56,413 nucleotides of DNA from a virus. Taxonomy: Duplodnaviria; Caudoviricetes. The notes beneath the pieces are model-generated. The model had not been told where the DNA came from, ran no database searches, and saw only the letters and a list, made by a program, of their open reading frames with translations. Numbering within the stretch: position 1 is the first letter of the stretch; every line of letters begins with the position of its first letter. Where the stretch lies: positions 1 to 56,413 of IMG/VR virus record IMGVR_UViG_3300025732_000048; one strand, given 5' to 3'. Below are positions 1-5,889 of the stretch, in pieces. Made by a program: the position numbers and the translations under genes.

Positions 1-2
1 TT

Positions 3-155
3 GCCACTGCTTTATTCGCAGATGAGCGCACAACTGAACTCTTTGCTCAACTGATTAGTGAGTTTGTAGAGACAAACATTCCTGTGGTTGATGATGAGAA
101 CCAGATGGAACTTTCTATGATGCTGTTGGAAACTCTGGACATTGTAGCACGATGA
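3..155 (+). CDS. Partial (5'-truncated) acidic hypothetical early protein
   Basis: Open frame from window edge ...ATALFADERTTELFAQLISEFVETNIPVVDDENQMELSMMLLETLDIVAR; TGA overlaps next ATG (ATGA, 152-155). Confidence 0.7.
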   Translation, partial: ATALFADERTTELFAQLISEFVETNIPVVDDENQMELSMMLLETLDIVAR

Positions 156-406
156 CTTACTCTAACCTCTCAAAGATTCGTCCTAAACTTCGTACAACTG
201 GGCGTGTGTCAGGGAATTTCGGAAAATCAAAAGTTGTCGCAGGTTCTTCACTTAATGACATCGGTGGTGATGGTAACATAGGAGCAACACAAGATGAGTA
301 TTTGAATCGTCTCTATTATGCTTTTGATAACACTGCCGAATCTGAACTTCGTCGTTTCATTTATCAGGAAATCCGTAAAATCCACATCCAAAGAGGAACT
401 TGGTAA
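152..406 (+). CDS. Hypothetical early protein, 84 aa
   Basis: ORF track; coupled to upstream stop; ends just before repeat copy 1. Confidence 0.75.
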   Translation: MTYSNLSKIRPKLRTTGRVSGNFGKSKVVAGSSLNDIGGDGNIGATQDEYLNRLYYAFDNTAESELRRFIYQEIRKIHIQRGTW

Positions 407-420
407 GAGAAATAGCTTTG

Positions 421-456
421 AATTAAAGTTATGATCGTCCAAAGCGTACCTATAGT
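421..456 (+). repeat. 36-bp cassette/promoter repeat, copy 1
   Basis: AATTAAAGTTATGATCGTCCAAAGCGTACCTATAGT followed directly by ATG (457). Confidence 0.97.
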
Positions 457-696
457 ATGAGCACTAACATCGTTTCCGAAATCTACTCCTACCACACAAA
501 TTGGAAGGAAGGTAAAGTCAATCAAATGTGGATTGAGCAAATCACTGATAAAGAGTGTGACAATCTTTACGTTGCTGTTGCTCACAATCCCCGCAATGGT
601 TCTACGATGGAGATGAGCAATCCCCGCACATCTTATCAGGAAACTCTAAACTGGGTTCGTCATTGGTGTGGCACTTTCTGTATTCTTCCTGCCTGA
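457..696 (+). CDS. Hypothetical early protein, 79 aa
   Basis: ATG abuts repeat copy 1; ORF track. Confidence 0.75.
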   Translation: MSTNIVSEIYSYHTNWKEGKVNQMWIEQITDKECDNLYVAVAHNPRNGSTMEMSNPRTSYQETLNWVRHWCGTFCILPA

Positions 697-702
697 TTGA
701 TT

Positions 703-846
703 ATGACACAAACTCAATGGGATGATCTTTACATCAAACTCTACGAAGCGTATGAGTTTGTGTCACTGAAAGATGAGCAAGTTCGCTCTACTCTTGGTGA
801 TGCACTTGACCGACTGATTGACATTAACCCTCGCAACAAAAACTGA
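703..846 (+). CDS. Hypothetical early protein, 47 aa (not in ORF track)
   Basis: MTQTQWDDLYIKLYEAYEFVSLKDEQVRSTLGDALDRLIDINPRNKN; fills the gap between neighbours with TGATT(GATT)ATG junctions. Confidence 0.7.
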   Translation: MTQTQWDDLYIKLYEAYEFVSLKDEQVRSTLGDALDRLIDINPRNKN

Positions 847-848
847 TT

Positions 849-1118
849 ATGTTCCGCACACTTTCTGAACTTCGTGACTCTATCAACCAAATGATTGAGA
901 GTCAAGGTGAGAACGCTCCCTGTGCTGCGTTTGTATTCACTCAACATGATGTGTTTGAGTTCAATGAGGAAACCAATCAGGATGATTATTTCTCTACACT
1001 TTTCACTCAAGATGTACTCGCTGATGTAGGTGGTTCTTCCTACATTTACGAACAGGTTGGTGAAATGATTGATGACGCAATTCGTCTCCGTAAGAAACTC
1101 CCACTCTACGCTAATTGA
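849..1118 (+). CDS. Hypothetical early protein, 89 aa
   Basis: ORF track; tight packing. Confidence 0.75.
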   Translation: MFRTLSELRDSINQMIESQGENAPCAAFVFTQHDVFEFNEETNQDDYFSTLFTQDVLADVGGSSYIYEQVGEMIDDAIRLRKKLPLYAN

Positions 1119-1120
1119 TT

Positions 1121-1306
1121 ATGACTGACGCTGAACTCACTAAACTTTACTACAGAAAGACTCGACTGTTTGATTTCTTGTATGAAACTTGCAAAAAGAA
1201 TGATGGTGTCTTAGTAGATACTTTGAACAACTACATTTCTTCCTTGGATGAGGTGGAACTGTGCGAACTTGAAGATTTTCTTGTCAACAACTTTGGAGAT
1301 GATTGA
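1121..1306 (+). CDS. Hypothetical early protein, 61 aa
   Basis: ATG at 1121 after TGATT; acidic C-terminus. Confidence 0.7.
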   Translation: MTDAELTKLYYRKTRLFDFLYETCKKNDGVLVDTLNNYISSLDEVELCELEDFLVNNFGDD

Positions 1307-1500
1307 TGACTGACGGTTACACTTTCAATCGAGTTGAGTTCACTGCTAATGAGGAAACTTGTATCCTTAAGTTTCTCAATGAAGCACGAGAATGTGGGTA
1401 TCCCAGTGGTAACGAACCATGGTATCCTGTGATCGATTCTATCTTCCAAAAGTTCTTCAATTCTAACATTAAAGAGGCACAAGACTGGCAGACACTATGA
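1306..1500 (+). CDS. Hypothetical early protein, 64 aa
   Basis: TGATG coupling at 1304-1308. Confidence 0.7.
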   Translation: MTDGYTFNRVEFTANEETCILKFLNEARECGYPSGNEPWYPVIDSIFQKFFNSNIKEAQDWQTL

Positions 1501-1640
1501 AGTACATCGTTGAGTTATACGTTGGTGGCAAAGTCTTCAAAGAAGAAGTACAAGCAACCAACCCAAAAGATGCCCGTGAGACAGCATTAGCACGAAATCC
1601 TCATGCTAGAGTAGTTGGTGTCAACGCAAGTTTCAAGTAA
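1497..1640 (+). CDS. Small cyanophage-type hypothetical protein, 47 aa (not in ORF track)
   Basis: MKYIVELYVGGKVFKEEVQATNPKDARETALARNPHARVVGVNASFK; ATGA coupling; stop TAA overlaps repeat copy 2. Confidence 0.75.
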   Translation: MKYIVELYVGGKVFKEEVQATNPKDARETALARNPHARVVGVNASFK

Positions 1641-1674
1641 TTAAAGTTATGATCGTCTAAAGTGTACCTATAGT
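1639..1674 (+). repeat. 36-bp cassette/promoter repeat, copy 2
   Basis: AATTAAAGTTATGATCGTCTAAAGTGTACCTATAGT + ATG. Confidence 0.97.
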
Positions 1675-1845
1675 ATGAGCAACACTTTCACCGTCCGTTT
1701 CGTATCTGATGCTCTGGATTCTCCAGAGTATATTGGACCTTTCTACTCTGAAGATGACGCACAAGACTATTGCGATGCTCGCAACGGTTCTTTACAACTA
1801 GGTGGGATTCCTTCCTGGGTTGCTTGTTACTCTGTTGTTGACTGA
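1675..1845 (+). CDS. Hypothetical early protein, 56 aa (not in ORF track)
   Basis: MSNTFTVRFVSDALDSPEYIGPFYSEDDAQDYCDARNGSLQLGGIPSWVACYSVVD; ATG abuts repeat. Confidence 0.7.
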   Translation: MSNTFTVRFVSDALDSPEYIGPFYSEDDAQDYCDARNGSLQLGGIPSWVACYSVVD

Positions 1846-1878
1846 TTGATGATTTCCCTTCCTAATCCTACAAACAAA

Positions 1879-2097
1879 ATGACACTTACTCAAGACCAAA
1901 TCTACAAACTGACTCAACTCTATGCTGCGCGAGTTGTTGATAACATGGACATGCGTGATTTGTGTGTATTTGCCCAAGAGACGATTGTTGATAATATGAT
2001 TGACTATAATGAGAGTGAATTGATGGAAGAATTGTCGCACTATTATGAGGATGATGAACTCCAAGAATTAGTGGAAAGTGTAACACAAGAGCCCTAA
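1879..2097 (+). CDS. Acidic hypothetical early protein, about 72 aa
   Basis: ORF track 1846..2097; ATG 1879 after an AC-rich leader preferred; start uncertain. Confidence 0.7.
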   Translation: MTLTQDQIYKLTQLYAARVVDNMDMRDLCVFAQETIVDNMIDYNESELMEELSHYYEDDELQELVESVTQEP

Positions 2098-2105
2098 TTC
2101 GTTTG

Positions 2106-2141
2106 AATTAAAGTTATGATCGTCTAAAGTGTACCTATAGT
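2106..2141 (+). repeat. 36-bp cassette/promoter repeat, copy 3
   Basis: AATTAAAGTTATGATCGTCTAAAGTGTACCTATAGT + ATAACCGCACAACC + ATG. Confidence 0.97.
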
Positions 2142-2155
2142 ATAACCGCACAACC

Positions 2156-2749
2156 ATGATGCAGAAACTCACAACGAATCAGGTTTATGGCAAACTCAAA
2201 GTAACTGATTTCAGTGTATTTGAGAAACCTGGAAAGAACAAAGGTGCTCGCGGGCAACTGTTAGAAACTGTGCTCGGAGTTCCTAATAGCTCTGACCTCA
2301 AAGATCTGGAGGATGGAGAGATCAAGACTTTCACTGTTGGTGAATCTATTGCTGCCACACAGTTAAAGCATTGTCTATCTGAAATCATCGAAGATTCTGT
2401 CTCGTTTGATGATAGCAAGGTTGGACAGAAACTACAACAAACTCTGTATGTTGGTTTCACCCGCTCCAACGATTATGTGGGTTGTGAGATTCTGAATGAG
2501 GAAACTCACCCCGAACACTATCAAGAATTGCGTGAGGATTATGACTTCATTTGTGATAGCATCCGCACACTTTTCAATGCTGGCAAACAACTAGGAACCA
2601 TCACTGGTCCTCACGGATTGCTACAGATTCGCACGAAAGCATCTAAAACCAATGGTGCTTATGTTCCTCTAACTTTCGCAGGTGTGACCCTTAAGGATAA
2701 AGGAATGGCATTTTATTTGTGTGGACAATTCGGACGCAATCTGTTCTGA
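2156..2749 (+). CDS. MutH/Sau3AI-family PD-(D/E)XK endonuclease
   Basis: NKGxxGQLLExxLG, D-x4-EIKT, GES, ELREDY, GLLQIRTKA and AFYL match the ordered motifs of MutH (DKGWIGxLLExxLG, DF...ELKT, LET, LREDW, YLQIRPKA, GFYL). Confidence 0.85.
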   Translation: MMQKLTTNQVYGKLKVTDFSVFEKPGKNKGARGQLLETVLGVPNSSDLKDLEDGEIKTFTVGESIAATQLKHCLSEIIEDSVSFDDSKVGQKLQQTLYVGFTRSNDYVGCEILNEETHPEHYQELREDYDFICDSIRTLFNAGKQLGTITGPHGLLQIRTKASKTNGAYVPLTFAGVTLKDKGMAFYLCGQFGRNLF

Positions 2750-2784
2750 ATTAAAGTTATGATCGTCCAAAGTGTACCTATAGT
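2749..2784 (+). repeat. 36-bp cassette/promoter repeat, copy 4
   Basis: AATTAAAGTTATGATCGTCCAAAGTGTACCTATAGT + ATG; first base is part of the MutH-like TGA stop. Confidence 0.97.
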
Positions 2785-2967
2785 ATGACCAACATTCAAA
2801 TCGACTTCCAAGATACCATTGCTCCCGCACTTCTGGAGTTTATGTGTAACAATCACACAGACCTGAATGATACTGTAGATTGGGTTTGTGATGTATTTGA
2901 CCTTGATGCAACTGATGAATTGATTGATCAGATTGCTGATGAGTTTGATGCTTTCTTCGGTAACTGA
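2785..2967 (+). CDS. Highly acidic hypothetical protein, 60 aa
   Basis: 15 D/E, no K/R; ATG abuts repeat. Confidence 0.75.
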   Translation: MTNIQIDFQDTIAPALLEFMCNNHTDLNDTVDWVCDVFDLDATDELIDQIADEFDAFFGN

Positions 2968-2976
2968 TTAACACAA

Positions 2977-3159
2977 ATGACACACTACAATCCTTACGTT
3001 GAAAACCTAATTGAGATGGGTTATGATGAGCAAGACTGCCGCAATGTAGCAGCAGTTGGTGAAACAAACGTAACTTATCCGCGTAACATTCACGGTCGCA
3101 TCTTTGAGACTGAAAATGAATACAAAGAAGCACTTGCTGACTTTATCAACGGACTGTGA
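2977..3159 (+). CDS. Hypothetical early protein, 60 aa
   Basis: ORF track; stop overlaps repeat copy 5. Confidence 0.75.
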   Translation: MTHYNPYVENLIEMGYDEQDCRNVAAVGETNVTYPRNIHGRIFETENEYKEALADFINGL

Positions 3160-3194
3160 ATTAAAGTTATGATCGTCCAAAGTGTACCTATAGT
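3159..3194 (+). repeat. 36-bp cassette/promoter repeat, copy 5
   Basis: Identical to copy 4; followed by ATG. Confidence 0.97.
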
Positions 3195-3383
3195 ATGAGC
3201 ACAACCAACAACGACAAAATGTTTATTCTCAACGATACCGCAAAGAATGATCCTGCTGTTCAGATTGCAATGGCAAATTATATTGAACAGTTAAAGCGTG
3301 AGGAAGCACGTCGGCAGGCAATTCTCTCTGGTGAGTATGTACCTTGTCCTGAAACTTCCTGGAATATCTCTGACCGCGACTGA
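3195..3383 (+). CDS. Hypothetical early protein, 62 aa
   Basis: ATG abuts repeat. Confidence 0.75.
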   Translation: MSTTNNDKMFILNDTAKNDPAVQIAMANYIEQLKREEARRQAILSGEYVPCPETSWNISDRD

Positions 3384-3398
3384 ACTATATCTGAAATC

Positions 3399-3614
3399 AT
3401 GAAACTTTTCATCCTCAACAATGTCCTCTCTGATTGGACTTCTGGAATGGCAGTTATCGCTGCTGAAACTAAAGAACAATGCCGCGAGTTGTTTATCAAA
3501 GAGTTCAGCGAATATCATGCTCATGAGTTCGACAATCATGCCAAGTTCACTGTTATCGAATCGGTAGGACTTGATGAAGCAGGTGTTATCTCTTATGAGT
3601 ACGGTGGTGGTTAG
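3399..3614 (+). CDS. Hypothetical early protein, 71 aa
   Basis: ORF track. Confidence 0.75.
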   Translation: MKLFILNNVLSDWTSGMAVIAAETKEQCRELFIKEFSEYHAHEFDNHAKFTVIESVGLDEAGVISYEYGGG

Positions 3615-3619
3615 TTAGA

Positions 3620-3772
3620 GTGGCAACCAAAAGACTCACTTTCAAGTCACCTGATAAAGTGAAAACAATTCTCCTCATTTTCGCTGTTGCTTTTATACTC
3701 TCCCCAGGAGTTCGCAACACTACCTCATCCACACTTCACACTGTAGCAGACATTATCCAACCTCATGATTGA
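3620..3772 (+). CDS. Small putative membrane protein, about 50 aa (GTG start)
   Basis: MATKRLTFKSPDKVKTILLIFAVAFILSPGVRNTTSSTLHTVADIIQPHD; one hydrophobic segment; fills the gap; start could be 3659. Confidence 0.55.
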   Translation: MATKRLTFKSPDKVKTILLIFAVAFILSPGVRNTTSSTLHTVADIIQPHD

Positions 3773-3905
3773 GACTGATTATTACATCCTGAACCAGGAA
3801 CAATTCAACCAGTATAACACTGAAGCACAAGAAGTAGGTGTTAGCTTGGATTATTATTTGGATGAGTTTTGTGATGTGATTGGACCGTACATCACAAGTA
3901 ATTAA
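3765..3905 (+). CDS. Acidic hypothetical protein, 46 aa (not in ORF track)
   Basis: MIETDYYILNQEQFNQYNTEAQEVGVSLDYYLDEFCDVIGPYITSN; last codon and stop (AAT TAA) lie inside repeat copy 6. Confidence 0.65.
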   Translation: MIETDYYILNQEQFNQYNTEAQEVGVSLDYYLDEFCDVIGPYITSN

Positions 3906-3935
3906 AGTTATGATCGTCCAAAGTGTACCTATAGT
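3900..3935 (+). repeat. 36-bp cassette/promoter repeat, copy 6
   Basis: Identical core to copies 4/5; followed by ATAACC leader. Confidence 0.97.
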
Positions 3936-3956
3936 ATAACCATCACACTTCCTACC

Positions 3957-4271
3957 ATGCGAAAGATTGAAAAGCAAATGAACGACGCAATCCTGAATCA
4001 AAAGGATTGGAAACAAGATAACACTGAAGTTATCTCTTGTTCCCATGTTTCTGATGTCTACCTTCACAACAATCTGATTGCCAGAATAGGCGAAACCTGG
4101 ATCGAATTGTTCGATGGTGGTTATCAATCAAAAACCACAAAGAGTCGCCTTAATGCTATTCTCCAAGCACACGGTTGCAAGAATGAGTATGTCTTTCAGA
4201 AGAAAGGTCAGTGGTTCATTCAATACAATGGAGCACCAATTCCTTTCTTCTCTGGTATGCGATTGAACTGA
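3957..4271 (+). CDS. Conserved phage hypothetical protein, 104 aa
   Basis: MRKIE...NTEV...VYLHNNLIA...TTKSRLNA pattern recalled from phage early proteins. Confidence 0.8.
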   Translation: MRKIEKQMNDAILNQKDWKQDNTEVISCSHVSDVYLHNNLIARIGETWIELFDGGYQSKTTKSRLNAILQAHGCKNEYVFQKKGQWFIQYNGAPIPFFSGMRLN

Positions 4272-4311
4272 ATCTTTCACTCTTAAGTAACACTCACTCT
4301 TCATTCCTTAA

Positions 4312-4446
4312 ATGTTCACAATCCGCTACTTTACTCCATATCAACAACAGTGGAGAACGCAATCATTCTCTACACTAGAGGAAGCAAATCGTATGGTTGA
4401 GTTCTACAAATCATGCGGAAGTCCTGCTGAACTCATTAACAACTAA
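4312..4446 (+). CDS. Hypothetical protein, 44 aa (not in ORF track)
   Basis: MFTIRYFTPYQQQWRTQSFSTLEEANRMVEFYKSCGSPAELINN. Confidence 0.65.
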   Translation: MFTIRYFTPYQQQWRTQSFSTLEEANRMVEFYKSCGSPAELINN

Positions 4447-4453
4447 TCCTATC

Positions 4454-4690
4454 ATGTTACTCTCCAAAGCATCATTCACTGACCAACAACTTCCTCCGTT
4501 CATTGTAAAGAAAGAGGATGAATATACAGAAGAAGGTAACTACTCTCTTCACCTATTCTCCAGAACTGTTATCACAACTGAAGGTAGAAAGTATAGGTAT
4601 CTGCCTCTTAAGTTTGAAGGTGAGTTAGCACGATTCAAGAAAAGAAAGGAAGCAGAAGAATACGCAAGGTACAGATTAGCACTTGATTGA
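4454..4690 (+). CDS. Hypothetical protein, 78 aa
   Basis: ATG 4454 preferred over track start 4397, which would overlap the 4312 ORF; followed by terminator. Confidence 0.7.
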   Translation: MLLSKASFTDQQLPPFIVKKEDEYTEEGNYSLHLFSRTVITTEGRKYRYLPLKFEGELARFKKRKEAEEYARYRLALD

Positions 4691-4699
4691 ATACACATA

Positions 4700-4726
4700 G
4701 AGACCTCATTCGTGGGGTCTTTTTTT
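4700..4726 (+). terminator. Rho-independent terminator
   Basis: AGACCTCA-TTCG-TGGGGTCT followed by T-run. Confidence 0.9.
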
Positions 4727-4950
4727 ATGCCTATTTGTATGATTTGTGGTAAAAAATGTATTAAAAACGATTAAAAATGTATTAAAAAATATATTTTACC
4801 TTTCTTTATCGTGTGATAATTATTGTTATTAAGAGGTGATAATGATATGAATTCGTATCAAATAGAGAGTGATTTATGTGTCTTTAAATGTGTCTGGGTC
4901 TGACACTTATAGTCAATTAAATGTGTCTGGTGCTTGTGATCTAAGCCCGC

Positions 4951-4979
4951 ATTCTATCACCTCTCCGCACAAATGTCAA
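4951..4979 (-). promoter_or_regulatory. Leftward sigma70-type promoter (extended -10)
   Basis: Minus strand TTGACA (4979-4974), 17 bp, TGA-TAGAAT (4956-4951). Confidence 0.7.
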
Positions 4980-5054
4980 GACCCGCCGCCATCAGAAATC
5001 CCACACATACCCTCACAAAAACATAAGCATCCCGAATAAATACCCCCAGACTCA

Positions 5055-5083
5055 TTGACATTTTTCCAGCAGCATCTTACAAT
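5055..5083 (+). promoter_or_regulatory. Sigma70-type early promoter
   Basis: TTGACA-17bp-TACAAT. Confidence 0.8.
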
Positions 5084-5110
5084 ACTCTCATACACATTCG
5101 GAGCGTACTT

Positions 5111-5284
5111 ATGTCAGTTGCTTATTCCCAGGCACAGAAGCAGCGTTATCGTATCACTCTGGATCTATCAGTGTTCGGTGACTTCGACCCACACCAGATT
5201 GATTGGGAGAAGTTATTCAAGTTGGAACCTGCAGAGAAGTGTGATGCTTACGTTGAGGACCTAAGTACACCTGACAACTGGTAA
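5111..5284 (+). CDS. Hypothetical protein, 57 aa (not in ORF track)
   Basis: MSVAYSQAQKQRYRITLDLSVFGDFDPHQIDWEKLFKLEPAEKCDAYVEDLSTPDNW; GGAG SD at 5100; downstream of promoter. Confidence 0.75.
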   Translation: MSVAYSQAQKQRYRITLDLSVFGDFDPHQIDWEKLFKLEPAEKCDAYVEDLSTPDNW

Positions 5285-5293
5285 TCTTCAAGG

Positions 5294-5329
5294 TATTAAA
5301 GTTGTGATCGTCGAAAGCGTACCTATAGT
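5294..5329 (+). repeat. 36-bp cassette/promoter repeat, copy 7 (diverged)
   Basis: TATTAAAGTTGTGATCGTCGAAAGCGTACCTATAGT; 4 differences from copies 4-6. Confidence 0.92.
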
Positions 5330-5376
5330 GTAGGGGGCACACAAACGACCCCCACACTAACACTCAAGACGTACCA

Positions 5377-5628
5377 ATGACTGTCACTTACCAGCACAAT
5401 GTTCTCGACACCAGCTATAACGGTTGGGAGAATTATGAGACCTGGAATGTTGCTCTGTGGATTAACAATGATGAGGGTTTGTATCACCTCGCAATGGAAG
5501 TTGGCAACTACGTTGACTTCATCGACCTGCTAAATGACCAGGGTATTGTGAGCACTCCTGACGGGGTTAAGTATAACGACCCTGCTGTAAATGTCATCCA
5601 ATTGAATAGCGATGTGTTCGACCTCTAA
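5377..5628 (+). CDS. Conserved phage hypothetical protein (YNGWxNYETWNVALW family)
   Basis: YNGWENYETWNVALWINNDEGLY motif. Confidence 0.8.
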   Translation: MTVTYQHNVLDTSYNGWENYETWNVALWINNDEGLYHLAMEVGNYVDFIDLLNDQGIVSTPDGVKYNDPAVNVIQLNSDVFDL

Positions 5629-5698
5629 GTAACACATACTCCTGTCGCAAGAGTATAAACTAGGCACCACACAGTTCACAACACTTTTCTTCTTTATT

Positions 5699-5839
5699 AT
5701 GTCCAAGTCCGTGATGCTTTCTCTGCTTGCTCAAGGTAACACTGGCAGCGAAATCCTGTCCATCCTTGATACTCTCACTGAGGACAATCAGCAGGCAGTT
5801 GCTTATGCTGAACCAACCGCAGATAGCATCGAGTTCTGA
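5699..5839 (+). CDS. Hypothetical protein, 46 aa (not in ORF track)
   Basis: MSKSVMLSLLAQGNTGSEILSILDTLTEDNQQAVAYAEPTADSIEF. Confidence 0.65.
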   Translation: MSKSVMLSLLAQGNTGSEILSILDTLTEDNQQAVAYAEPTADSIEF

Positions 5840-5849
5840 TACTAACTGT

Positions 5850-5889
5850 GTGCCCCTTGGTTGACACTGAGGGGCACTTATGTTATGAT
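5850..5889 (+). promoter_or_regulatory. Sigma70-type promoter with -35 inside an inverted repeat
   Basis: GTGCCCCT...AGGGGCAC flanks TTGACA (5861-5866); 17 bp; TG-T-TATGAT (5884-5889). Confidence 0.8.

Noticed and set aside
248-4127. Minus-strand ORFs beginning MDDHNFNS or containing IGTLWTIITL (248..442, 364..585, 3007..3204, 3753..4127)
   Set aside because: The shared peptide is just the reverse translation of the DNA repeat; they are antisense to well-packed + genes.
5055-5264. Track ORF 5055..5264
   Set aside because: Starts on the TTG of the promoter -35; the frame 5111..5284 has an SD and fits the promoter.
421-5329. CRISPR array (36-bp direct repeats)
   Set aside because: Intervals are about 370-1360 bp, irregular and protein-coding; no cas genes in the window.
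421-5329. Classical integron attC sites
   Set aside because: No long imperfect inverted repeat with RYYYAAC/GTTRRRY ends and no tyrosine recombinase in the window.
5636-5664. Definite preQ1 riboswitch or small ribozyme
   Set aside because: Only the general architecture matches; ligand-binding or catalytic consensus not recognised, so kept only as a candidate pseudoknot.
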